Positions 10,497 to 19,323 are shown, counted from the stretch's first letter. The stretch: DNA of 64,000 bases from an uncultured Solirubrobacterales bacterium (GCA_963816975.1 CAWFMD010000006.1:1374465-1438464), one strand, 5' to 3'. Numbers and translations are program-made. Notes: generated by a model not told the origin, from the sequence alone.

Positions 10497-11890
10497 GCGC
10501 GGTACGCATCCACGACTCGCTGCGCGGGGAAGTGCGCGACCTCGAACCGCGGGAGCCGGGCAAGGTCGGCATCTACGCGTGCGGGCCGACCGTGTACGGC
10601 CGCATCCATGTGGGGAACGCGCGTCCCTACATCGTCTTCGCGCTCCTGAAGCGGTTTTTGGAGCACGAGGGATACGACGTGACCCTGGTCGAGAACATCA
10701 CCGACGTGAACGACAAGATCTACGACGCCGCCCGCACGGCGGGTGTGACCTCGGACCGGCTGGCGCGCGAGATGACCGCGGCCTATCGCGCCGATACCGA
10801 CCGGCTCGAGCTCGGCCGCCCCGATCGCGAGCCGCTGGCCAGCCAGACGATCGATCCGATCATCCATCTGATCGAGGCCCTGATCGAACGCGGCCACGCC
10901 TATGCGGCGCAGGGCGACGTCTACTTCAGCGTGCGCAGCTTCGACGGGTACGGCAAGCTCTCCAACCGTCGCCTCGAGGATCTGCTCCCGGCCGATCAGG
11001 GCGAGCCGGACGCCGAGCAGGTGCGCAAGCGCGACCCTCTGGACTTCGCCCTGTGGAAGGCGCAGAAGCCGGACGAGGACACCGCCTGGGACTCGCCCTG
11101 GGGCCGGGGCCGGCCCGGCTGGCACATCGAGTGCTCCGCGATGGCCGAGGAGATCCTCGGGCTCGAGTTCGACATCCACGGCGGCGGCTCCGACCTGATG
11201 TTTCCACACCACGAGAACGAGATCGCGCAGACCGAGGCGGGCCGGGGGGCACCGCTGGCCCGCTTGTGGATGCACAACGGGATGATCCGCTTCGGGGAGG
11301 AGAAGATGGCGAAGTCGGTCGGCAACGTCATGACGCTGGCGGACGCGCTCGACAGCTACGGCCGGGATGCGCTGATCGTCTACATGCTCGGCGGGCACTA
11401 CCGGCAGCCGCTGGCCTTCTCGGCGGAGCGGATGGAGGAAGCGCGGCAGGCGACACGGCGGCTCGCGGACTTCGCGCGCCTGGTGCGGCGCAGCGGCGAC
11501 CTCGTCGCAGGTGAGCCGGACCACGACGCCGCGGCGCTCGAGCAGGAGTTCTTCGCAGCCCTGCGGGATGACTTCAACACGCCGGAGGCGCTGGCGGCGC
11601 TGTTCAAGCTCGTCAGCGAGGGCAACCGCCGGATCGATTCCGGCCGCGCGCTGCCCGGCACGTGGTCCGTGCTGGGCGGGATGTTCGAGGTGCTGGGGCT
11701 GGAGGGCATGCTGGAAGAGCGCGAGGGCATCGACGAGGACGCCCTGCGCCTGGTGCAGGAGCGCGAGGACGCGCGCCTGGCGCGGGACTACAGCCGCGCC
11801 GACGCGGCCCGCGACGAGCTGCTCAAGCGTGGGTGGGAGGTGCGCGACACGTCGGAGGGCCCCGTGCTGGTGCCCGTCGCCGGAAGTTGA
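10493..11890 (+). CDS. cysS: Cysteine--tRNA ligase
   Basis: Class I aaRS motifs HVGNARPY (HIGH-type) and KMAKSVGN (KMSKS-type), plus CGPTVYG. GTG 10493 forms a GTGA overlap with the ispF stop. Confidence 0.95.
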   Translation: MSAVRIHDSLRGEVRDLEPREPGKVGIYACGPTVYGRIHVGNARPYIVFALLKRFLEHEGYDVTLVENITDVNDKIYDAARTAGVTSDRLAREMTAAYRADTDRLELGRPDREPLASQTIDPIIHLIEALIERGHAYAAQGDVYFSVRSFDGYGKLSNRRLEDLLPADQGEPDAEQVRKRDPLDFALWKAQKPDEDTAWDSPWGRGRPGWHIECSAMAEEILGLEFDIHGGGSDLMFPHHENEIAQTEAGRGAPLARLWMHNGMIRFGEEKMAKSVGNVMTLADALDSYGRDALIVYMLGGHYRQPLAFSAERMEEARQATRRLADFARLVRRSGDLVAGEPDHDAAALEQEFFAALRDDFNTPEALAALFKLVSEGNRRIDSGRALPGTWSVLGGMFEVLGLEGMLEEREGIDEDALRLVQEREDARLARDYSRADAARDELLKRGWEVRDTSEGPVLVPVAGS

Positions 11891-12594
11891 CCCTGTACGG
11901 CCGCAACGCCGTGCTGGAGGCTCTGCGGGGCCGCCGGAAGGTCCGCCGCGCATGGGTTGCCGACGAGCGCCTCGGCGCCACCGTTCGCGCCGCCGGCGTT
12001 CCCTGCGAGACGGCCGGCGCCGCGGCGCTCGAGGATCTCTGTGGCTCGTCCGCCCACCAGGGGATCGTGGCCGAGGTCGATCCGTACCCCTACTCGCAGG
12101 CGCGTGACCTGTTGAGCGGCGACCAGGCGCTCGTGGTCGCGCTCGACCAGATCCAGGATCCGCAGAACCTGGGCGCGATCTGCCGCAGCGCCGAGGGGGC
12201 CGGGGCGACCGGGGTAGTGATCCCGGAGCGCCGCGCCGTCGAGATCACCCCGGCGGTCTGCCGGGCATCCGCCGGCGCGGTCGAGCATCTGCCCGTCGCC
12301 CGCGTCCGCAACCTGGCCGACTTCCTCGCGGACGCCAAGCGCGCCGGCGCCTGGGTGTACGGGGCGGACGCGGCCGCGGCCCGGCTGTACACCGATGTCG
12401 ACTGGACCGGACCGGCGGTGCTGGTGCTCGGATCCGAGGGCCGTGGGGTGCGCCCGCGCGTGCGCGCGGCCTGCGACGACGTGATCGGCTTGCCCCTGCA
12501 CGGCAGGGTGGAATCGCTGAATGTGTCCGCCGCGGCGGCGGTTTTGCTGTACGAGGCTGTGCGATCTCGTGCAGTCGCAGCCCGGGACACTTGA
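11887..12594 (+). CDS. rlmB: SpoU/TrmH-family 23S rRNA 2'-O-methyltransferase (RlmB-like)
   Basis: LDQIQDPQNLGAICRSAEGAGA, LVLGSEGRGVR and LNVSAAAAVLLYE motifs. TTG 11887 forms a TTGA overlap with the cysS stop; the exact start is uncertain. Confidence 0.85.
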   Translation: MTLYGRNAVLEALRGRRKVRRAWVADERLGATVRAAGVPCETAGAAALEDLCGSSAHQGIVAEVDPYPYSQARDLLSGDQALVVALDQIQDPQNLGAICRSAEGAGATGVVIPERRAVEITPAVCRASAGAVEHLPVARVRNLADFLADAKRAGAWVYGADAAAARLYTDVDWTGPAVLVLGSEGRGVRPRVRAACDDVIGLPLHGRVESLNVSAAAAVLLYEAVRSRAVAARDT

Positions 12595-12618
12595 CAAGTC
12601 CACATAACTCCGTACACT
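12591..12618 (+). promoter_or_regulatory. Candidate sigma-70-type promoter for sigH (TTGACA-16 nt-TACACT)
   Basis: Perfect -35 hexamer TTGACA at 12591-12596, overlapping the rlmB stop. TACACT sits 16 nt downstream. A lower-GC 175-nt leader follows. Confidence 0.3.
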
Positions 12619-12769
12619 TGCCGCGCAAATCTAAGGTTGGACTTGAGGTTGAGCTTTAGGAAAGCCTGAAGCTTGGCTCGAGTCTCCAACGTCGAGGCGC
12701 CAGGGGAGGTAGCGCGCCACGGCCGAATCCACGCGATCCCGGACGGGGTCGCTAGGTGAGGAGGTTGCA

Positions 12770-13537
12770 GTGGCCGTTTCTCCCTCTCGCAGGGCCAGCA
12801 CGAGAGGCTCTGTTGCTGGTATGACCGCAGGGACAGCCGCCGGGCACGCCACGGCGCGAAAGCTCACACGGCGCGTCTCAGGTGCCGCGCCGCAGACCGC
12901 CCGGCGCAAGCAGGGTGCCTATCAGCCTGACGACGAGTACCTCGTGGCGCTCGCCAAACAGGGCGCTGCGCACGCGACAGACAGGCTCGTCCGCCGGTAC
13001 CACGGGTTCGTGCGCCTGAAGGCCTCGTCCTACTTCCTGATCGGGGGCGACTCCGACGACCTGATTCAGGAGGGCCTGGTCGGCCTGTACAAGTCGATCC
13101 GCGACTACCGCCCCGAGCGCGAGTCGAGCTTCCGCAACTTTGCGGAGCTGTGCATCACCCGCCAGATCATCACCGCAGTCAAGACGGCAACGCGCAACAA
13201 GCACACGCCGCTCAACTCCTACGTCTCGTTCAGCCAGACGCCGGCCGCGGGCGGGGAGGAGGGCGAGCCGACGATGGCGGACGTGCTCCCGGGCTCGACC
13301 GTCCACGATCCGGTGAACCAGGTGATCTCCGCGGAGGAGATCCGGAGCCTCGTGGGCTGCATCACCAGCGTGCTCAGCGAGCTGGAGAGCCATGTGCTCT
13401 CGCTGTACCTGGACGGCCGCTCCTACGAGGAGGTGGCGGAGCGGCTGGAGTGCGACACCAAGACTGTCGACAACGCGCTCCAGCGCGTGAAGCGCAAGGT
13501 CGGGATGCACCTCGACTCGCGGGCGGTGCCGCTCTAG
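12770..13537 (+). CDS. sigH: RNA polymerase sigma factor, Bacillus SigH (Spo0H)-type
   Basis: Long near-identical blocks to the SigH signature as I recall it: SYFLIGGDSDDLIQEGLVGLYKSIRDY, SFRNFAELCITRQIITAVKTATRNKHTPLNSYVS, LSLYLDGRSYEEV, VDNALQRVKRK. GAGGAGG lies 6 nt before GTG 12770. Confidence 0.9.
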   Translation: MAVSPSRRASTRGSVAGMTAGTAAGHATARKLTRRVSGAAPQTARRKQGAYQPDDEYLVALAKQGAAHATDRLVRRYHGFVRLKASSYFLIGGDSDDLIQEGLVGLYKSIRDYRPERESSFRNFAELCITRQIITAVKTATRNKHTPLNSYVSFSQTPAAGGEEGEPTMADVLPGSTVHDPVNQVISAEEIRSLVGCITSVLSELESHVLSLYLDGRSYEEVAERLECDTKTVDNALQRVKRKVGMHLDSRAVPL

Positions 13538-13547
13538 GCCGGGGCGA

Positions 13548-13829
13548 CTAGTTCTCAGCGCGCCTGGCGTAAACCGGCGCCGGGCGCGTGACATGGGTGC
13601 CGCCGTCGGCCTGCGGGCACGGAGCCGTCTTGCATCCCGCTCCGCCGCCGACCGGGCCGCGGCGCGGCCAGCGCGGCAGAGGCGGGAGCTTGCGGCGCGG
13701 CCCGCGATCCTCGCCCGTCGCCTCCTCCGGAAAGGGTTCCTGCTTGATCGCCCACCAGACGAGCCACAGGGCCGCGATCATCGGGATCTTCAGGATCACG
13801 ACCATGTAGAAGATGGTCCAGCCTTCCAA
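13548..13829 (-). CDS. Small membrane protein, unknown function
   Basis: N-terminal hydrophobic helix (IFYMVVILKIPMIAALWLVWWAI) followed by a Pro/Arg/Gly-rich tail. No family recognised. Confidence 0.45.
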   Translation of the reverse strand: MEGWTIFYMVVILKIPMIAALWLVWWAIKQEPFPEEATGEDRGPRRKLPPLPRWPRRGPVGGGAGCKTAPCPQADGGTHVTRPAPVYARRAEN

Positions 13830-13901
13830 GTACCTCTCTCCTTCGCGCTTGAGCCGCAGTCTAGCGCGGGCGCTGGGGGCGTCGATCGGGACCGGGGCCG
13901 A

Positions 13902-14909
13902 TCAGCGGCCGAACGTTTCGACGATCGCCTCGTGATAGGTGCGGATGCGGTCGGGGTCGGTCGCCACCACGGGTGCGCCGAGCAGCAGGCGGTCAGCGCT
14001 GCGCGCACGCGTCTCGAGCGCGGCGCGGCATTCGTCGGGGGTACCGGCGACGGCCATCTCGTCGAGCATCTCGTCGGTTACGAGCGCCGTCATCGCGGCC
14101 AGGTCGAAGCTCTTCCACAGATCCCTGATCCGGGCGGCGACGTCCGTGAACCCGTGCAGGTCCAGGATGCGGTCGTACGTGCGCACGGTCGCGTGGAACG
14201 CGATCTGGCGCTTCGCGTCTGCCCGCGCCTGGTCGCGGTCACCCGAGATCGCGAGCAGGACCCAATCGGCGACGGCGACGTCCGCGGGCGAACGGCGCGC
14301 GCGCGCGGCGCCCGCGGCGATCGCCGGGCGCATCACGTCTTGGATGTAGCGCACCGTGGCCATCGGGTGCGCGACGACCCCGTCCGCGATCGCGCCCGCC
14401 ATTCGCGTCATCCCCTCGTTGACCGCCGCGACATAGACGGGGACCCGCGGGCGGACCTGGCCGGCGCGGCCGTAGGGCCGCACGTTCAGGTTGATCAGCT
14501 CTCCCTCATACCGGACGCTGCCGGCCGCGGCTGCGTCCCATACGGCCCGGACCGCCTCGATCGTCTCGCGCAGCCGCGGGGCCGGCTGCTCGGCCGGAGC
14601 CCCCAGCCAGTCGGTGCGCATGCGCCGCGTGCCGGTTCCCAGTCCGAGCAGGAAGCGGCCGCCGGACATCTCGTCGAGATCGAGCGCGGTCACGGCGGTC
14701 AGCAGCGGCGACCGGCCGAACGCCCAAGCGATCGCGGTACCCAGCTCGATCCGCTCGGTCGCGACCGCCGCCGCCGCCAGCGCCAGCGCGCCCGAGTGGT
14801 TGTGGAACTCCGGCGCCCATGCGGAGTCGAAGCCGGCCTCCTCGGCCCGGCACGCGATCGCGACGTTCTCGCGCTGGGTGGGCAGCTCGAGCAGCAGGCC
14901 GAGGCGCAT
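13902..14909 (-). CDS. Luciferase-like monooxygenase (LLM) class oxidoreductase, probably F420-dependent
   Basis: AEEAGFDSAWAPEFH, GRFLLGLGTG and the overall LLM TIM-barrel pattern. Confidence 0.85.
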   Translation of the reverse strand: MRLGLLLELPTQRENVAIACRAEEAGFDSAWAPEFHNHSGALALAAAAVATERIELGTAIAWAFGRSPLLTAVTALDLDEMSGGRFLLGLGTGTRRMRTDWLGAPAEQPAPRLRETIEAVRAVWDAAAAGSVRYEGELINLNVRPYGRAGQVRPRVPVYVAAVNEGMTRMAGAIADGVVAHPMATVRYIQDVMRPAIAAGAARARRSPADVAVADWVLLAISGDRDQARADAKRQIAFHATVRTYDRILDLHGFTDVAARIRDLWKSFDLAAMTALVTDEMLDEMAVAGTPDECRAALETRARSADRLLLGAPVVATDPDRIRTYHEAIVETFGR

Positions 14910-15028
14910 CCCTGAGTTGTATCCGGCTGGCGCCGCAAGGAGGTGCCGGAGGCGTATGAACGGGTCGCCGCCGGGGACCGGCGGAGCGGCCGCGCTGACA
15001 AGGGCGACTGATACCCTCGCGCCCCCGA

Positions 15029-15580
15029 ATGACCGCCTATTACGTCCTCGGAATCGCCATGGTCCTGCTGGCGGTCGTGCTTTCCGCGATCGGCCTCACG
15101 CGGGAGGGCTTCCCGTCCAGCCGGGCGGGCGCGCGGGGGATCATGTTCGGGACCGCTGTCCTCGTGCTGACCGGGGCGGTCGTGCTGCTCCTCACGACGC
15201 ACAAGGAGCACCCGCGCGAGGAGGCGGCGGAAAAGGCGAAGCTGGCCGCCGAGCGCCGCGCGGAAGTGCCCGCCGGGGACGAGGCCCAGGGAGCAGGCGC
15301 CGAAACGACGGTGCGCGCGATCGAGAAGGAGTTCTCGATCGACCTCCAGGGGGGGAACACCCTGAAGCCCGGCAGCTATCGCTTCCGGGTCGCCAACGCG
15401 GGGAAGATCGAGCACGATCTCGCGATCGAGGGCGACGGCGTAGAGGAGAAGACCGCGCTGATCGGCCCGGGTGAAGAGGCCGCGCTGGAGGCGGATCTGA
15501 AGCCCGCGCAGTACCGCTTCTACTGCACCGTTCCGGGTCACGCGCAGTCGGGCATGGACATCAAAGTGGCGGTCCGATGA
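15029..15580 (+). CDS. Membrane-anchored cupredoxin (type-1 copper protein)
   Basis: N-terminal TM helices. C-terminal plastocyanin/azurin-like ligand set: H in EHDLAIEG, then C, H and M in FYCTVPGHAQSGM. Confidence 0.8.
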   Translation: MTAYYVLGIAMVLLAVVLSAIGLTREGFPSSRAGARGIMFGTAVLVLTGAVVLLLTTHKEHPREEAAEKAKLAAERRAEVPAGDEAQGAGAETTVRAIEKEFSIDLQGGNTLKPGSYRFRVANAGKIEHDLAIEGDGVEEKTALIGPGEEAALEADLKPAQYRFYCTVPGHAQSGMDIKVAVR

Positions 15581-15635
15581 GGGCCCGGACACCGCTCTTG
15601 GTCAGGTTCGCGGCGTAGTATCGTCCGCCCCCGGG

Positions 15636-16439
15636 ATGAGGCACCTTCGCAACCCGTACGTCCAGGTCGGCCTCTGGACCTCCGCGATCACGCTCATCGT
15701 GGGAGTGATCGTTTGGCAGGTTCCGTGGGAGCCCGAGCAGGCCTCCACCCAGGCCGGCCCGATCGACACCCTCTACGACGTGCTGGCGATCATCTCGGCG
15801 TTCGTGTTCGCGCTCGTGGTCAGCATCCTGATCGTCGCGGTCGTTCACTTCCGCAAGCGCGCGCCGGACGATCTGCGCGATGGTGAGCCCCTGCACGGCA
15901 ACACTCGCCTCGAGGTGGTGTGGACCACGATCCCGGCGATCCTGATGGTCGGCGCCGCGGTCTACAGCGGCCTGGTGCTGGCGGACATCGAGGAGACCAA
16001 GGCCAATCAGCGCACGATCGAGGTCACCGCGGAGCAGTTCGCCTGGACCTTCGAGTACACGGACGGCGAGCAGTTCCGGTCGGGTGAGCTGCACCTCGTG
16101 AAGGACGTCCCGTACTTCTTCAGGCTGACCGCGAAGGACGTGCTCCACTCATTCTGGGTCCCGCAGTTCCGGATGAAGAAGGACGCGGTTCCCGGCCTGA
16201 CGACGGACGTGCGCGTGACTCCCAGCCGGCTGGGCCGCTACACGCTCGCGTGCACGGAGCTGTGCGGATTGGGGCACTCCACGATGCGGGCCACGGTGAT
16301 CGTCGAGGACCAGGCCGCGTTCGATCGCTGGGCCCAGCGTCAGCGCAGCGGCGCCGGCCCCCAGCCCGGTGGGGTGGTCTCCCAGCAGGGCGGCCAGGCC
16401 GCCGGCGCCGAGTCACAGCAGCAGCAGGTCGCGCCGTGA
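15636..16439 (+). CDS. ctaC: Cytochrome c oxidase subunit II
   Basis: Two N-terminal TM helices, VLHSFWVP, and CuA site CTELCGLGHSTM. Confidence 0.9.
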   Translation: MRHLRNPYVQVGLWTSAITLIVGVIVWQVPWEPEQASTQAGPIDTLYDVLAIISAFVFALVVSILIVAVVHFRKRAPDDLRDGEPLHGNTRLEVVWTTIPAILMVGAAVYSGLVLADIEETKANQRTIEVTAEQFAWTFEYTDGEQFRSGELHLVKDVPYFFRLTAKDVLHSFWVPQFRMKKDAVPGLTTDVRVTPSRLGRYTLACTELCGLGHSTMRATVIVEDQAAFDRWAQRQRSGAGPQPGGVVSQQGGQAAGAESQQQQVAP

Positions 16440-16484
16440 TGCCCCGCGGGCCGCGCAACGGGTGCGATCGGAGGCGGGCCTAGA

Positions 16485-18455
16485 ATGGCCGGGATGGCGG
16501 TCGCCCAGCGCGAGATGAGTTTCCTGCGCCGCATGATGCAGCCGGGCTGGATCCGCGCCGCCTGGATGACGGTGGCCGGTGCCGCGTTCGCCTTCGGGCT
16601 GGTGGTCGGCATCCGGGCGCTGTACGGCACATACGTGCTCGAGGAGGACCCGCTCGTCACGGTCATCCTGATCGTCGCGCCGCTCGCGTTCCTGGTGGGG
16701 ATCGGAGGCTTCGATTACTGGGGCAGGTACATCGTGGGCGCGCCGACCAAGCCCGACGACCACTCGGATCACGGCGCCCGCAGCTGGAAGGACTACTTCA
16801 AGGTCAATACCGACCACAAGGTGATCGGTGTCCAGTACGTGGTCACGGCCCTGTTCTTCATGCTCGTCGGCGGCGCGCTGGCGGAGATGATCCGCGCGGA
16901 GCTTGCGCAGCCGGGGCAGCAGATCGTCGATCCGAACACCTACAACGGCCTGTTCTCGGTGCACGCCGCGCTGATGATCTTCCTGGTCATCATCCCGATC
17001 TTCGCGGGCCTCGCGAACTACGTGCTGCCGCTCATGATCGGCGCGCCCGACATGGCTTTCCCGCGCCTGAACGCGCTCAGCTACTGGCTGCTGCCCGTGG
17101 CCGGAGTGATGATGACCGCCAGCTTCCTCGTGCCGGACGGCGGTGCCTTCAACACCGGCTGGACTGCCTACGCACCGTTATCGGACAACGCGCCGCTGGG
17201 CCAGCAGTTCTTCACGATCGGCGTGCAGTTCGCGGGCACGTCCTCGATCATGACAGCGCTCAACTTCATCGTCACGATCATCACGATGCGCGCGCCCGGC
17301 ATGACGTTCTGGCGCATGCCGCTGCTGGTCTGGGCGAACTTCACCACGTCGCTGCTGGTCGTGATCGCGACACCGTTCGTCGCCGGCTCGCAGTTCCTGA
17401 TCCTGCTCGATCGCACGCTACAGGCGAACTTCTTCGACGCATCGCAGGGCGGGGACGTGATCTCCTACCAGCACATCTTCTGGTTCTACTCCCACCCGGC
17501 CGTCTACATCATGATGCTGCCCGGATTCGGGATCGTCTCGGAGGTGATCTCCACCAAGGCGCGCAAGCCGATCTTCGGCTATCGCCTGATGGCGCTGTCG
17601 CTGATGGCGATCCTGGTGCTGGGCTTCACCGTCTGGGCCCACCACATGTTCGTGTCGGGCATGTGGAGCTGGCTGCGCGTACCGATGATGATCACCACGA
17701 TGCTGATCGCGGTGCCGACCGGGATCAAGATCTTCTCGTGGCTCGCGACGCTGTGGAAAGGCGTGGTCGAGCTGTCCACGCCGATGCTGTTCGCGCTCGG
17801 CTTCATCGCGATGTTCACGCTCGGAGGCATCAGCGGGATCATGCTCGCCGCCATCCCGGTGGACATCCACACCTCGGACACGTACTTCGTGGTCGCGCAC
17901 CTCCACTACGTGCTGTTCGGCGGCAGCATCTTCACGATCTTTGCCGGCATCTACTACTGGTATCCGAAGATGACCGGGCGGATGTACGACGAGCGGCTCG
18001 GCAAGCTCCACTTCTGGATGACGTTCGTCGCCTTCAACGTCACGTTCGGGCCGATGCACTGGGTCGGGCTCGAGGGCATGCCGCGGCGCGTCGCGGACTA
18101 TGCCGACAAGTTCGCTGCATGGAACCTGGTCTCGTCGATCGGCGCCTTCTTCCTCGGGCTCGCGATGCTGGTGTTCGTCTACAACTTCGTCGCGAGCTGG
18201 GTCGGCGGGCCGCGCGCGCCCGGCAACCCGTGGCGGGCGCGCACGCTCGAGTGGCAGGTGTCCTCGCCGCCGCCGATCTTCAACTTCGACGAGATTCCCC
18301 AGGTGGTCGGCGGGCCCTACGAGTACGGCGTCCCCGGCTCGGTGCACGCGGTCCTGGCGGGCGGCGACCGCCAGGAGGTCGCGGTCGGGGCCGACGGCGC
18401 CGGGAACGGGCGGGCGGCGTCGCACGGCAACGGCAACGGTGCGCATCGGGAGTGA
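16485..18455 (+). CDS. ctaD: Cytochrome c oxidase subunit I (with about 105-aa N-terminal extension)
   Basis: Heme-copper oxidase subunit I motifs: NTDHKVIG, MAFPRLN, HPAVYI, WAHHMF, HLHYVLFGG. Confidence 0.95.
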   Translation: MAGMAVAQREMSFLRRMMQPGWIRAAWMTVAGAAFAFGLVVGIRALYGTYVLEEDPLVTVILIVAPLAFLVGIGGFDYWGRYIVGAPTKPDDHSDHGARSWKDYFKVNTDHKVIGVQYVVTALFFMLVGGALAEMIRAELAQPGQQIVDPNTYNGLFSVHAALMIFLVIIPIFAGLANYVLPLMIGAPDMAFPRLNALSYWLLPVAGVMMTASFLVPDGGAFNTGWTAYAPLSDNAPLGQQFFTIGVQFAGTSSIMTALNFIVTIITMRAPGMTFWRMPLLVWANFTTSLLVVIATPFVAGSQFLILLDRTLQANFFDASQGGDVISYQHIFWFYSHPAVYIMMLPGFGIVSEVISTKARKPIFGYRLMALSLMAILVLGFTVWAHHMFVSGMWSWLRVPMMITTMLIAVPTGIKIFSWLATLWKGVVELSTPMLFALGFIAMFTLGGISGIMLAAIPVDIHTSDTYFVVAHLHYVLFGGSIFTIFAGIYYWYPKMTGRMYDERLGKLHFWMTFVAFNVTFGPMHWVGLEGMPRRVADYADKFAAWNLVSSIGAFFLGLAMLVFVYNFVASWVGGPRAPGNPWRARTLEWQVSSPPPIFNFDEIPQVVGGPYEYGVPGSVHAVLAGGDRQEVAVGADGAGNGRAASHGNGNGAHRE

Positions 18456-18456
18456 C

Positions 18457-19323
18457 GTGGAGGCCGCGCAGTCGACACCGTCGCAGCAACCGGCACACGT
18501 GCTCGTCGTGGCGAACGAGACCGTCGGCGGGCAGAAGCTGATCGACGCGATCGAGCGCCGCGCCGCGCGCGGGCCGATCCGCTGCACCGTGGTGTGCCCG
18601 CAGAACACGCCGAGGCGCGGCTTCGTGGTCTATGACGACACAGCGCGCTCCGCCGCCCGTGTGCGCCTGGAGTTGATCCTGCAGCGCCTGCACGAGATGG
18701 GCATCGAGGCGCGCGGTGAGGTGATGGACCCCGAGCCCTATCTGGCGATCCAGGATGCGCTGCGCGAGTGGGGCGGGGACGAGATCATCATCTCCACCTA
18801 CGTCTATCCGCGCTCGGGACTGCTGCGCCGCGATCTGGTCGAGCGCATCGAGAAGTGGTCGGGCCTGCCCGTCGAGCACGTCGTGGTGGACCTGCGCGAG
18901 GAGCCCGTGCGCAACGTGCTGGTGCTCGCCAGCCAGACAGTCGGGGGGCGCAGCCTGATCGAGACGCTCGAGCGACGGTCGACATCTTCGCCGCACCGCT
19001 TCACGGTGATCCTGCCCCCCACGGGGCCCGACGACGACACCGCCCAGCAACGCCTCGACCACACTTTGGACGCGCTGCGCCGCGCCGGCCTCCGGGTGAC
19101 CGGATACGTGGCCGAGCCGGACCCGTTCAACAGCGTCATGAACGCGCTCGGGCACCACCCGGCTGACGAGATCGTGGTGTCGACGCTCCCGACCGGTGAG
19201 TCGCGCTGGCTGCGCGGTGACCTGATCGACAGGCTGCGCAAGGCGACGGCCCGCCCGGTCGAGCACGTGATTTCCGACCCGGCCGAGCAGGGATCGCAGC
19301 CCGCCGAGGCGGTGGCCGGCTGA
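18457..19323 (+). CDS. Uncharacterised protein made of two tandem copies of a ~125-aa alpha/beta domain, embedded in the cta operon
   Basis: GTG 18457 lies 1 nt after the ctaD stop, and the TGA overlaps the ctaE ATG. Internal duplication: HVLVVANETVGGQKLIDAIERR.. and NVLVLASQTVGGRSLIETLERR... The upstream part of track ORF 18100..19323 overlaps ctaD and is rejected. Confidence 0.75.
   Translation: MEAAQSTPSQQPAHVLVVANETVGGQKLIDAIERRAARGPIRCTVVCPQNTPRRGFVVYDDTARSAARVRLELILQRLHEMGIEARGEVMDPEPYLAIQDALREWGGDEIIISTYVYPRSGLLRRDLVERIEKWSGLPVEHVVVDLREEPVRNVLVLASQTVGGRSLIETLERRSTSSPHRFTVILPPTGPDDDTAQQRLDHTLDALRRAGLRVTGYVAEPDPFNSVMNALGHHPADEIVVSTLPTGESRWLRGDLIDRLRKATARPVEHVISDPAEQGSQPAEAVAG

Noticed and set aside
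12586-12596. Palindrome ACTTGACAAGT at the rlmB stop as an operator.
   Set aside because: It is short (5-1-5) and is fully explained by the TTGACA -35 candidate. There is no second copy elsewhere in the window.
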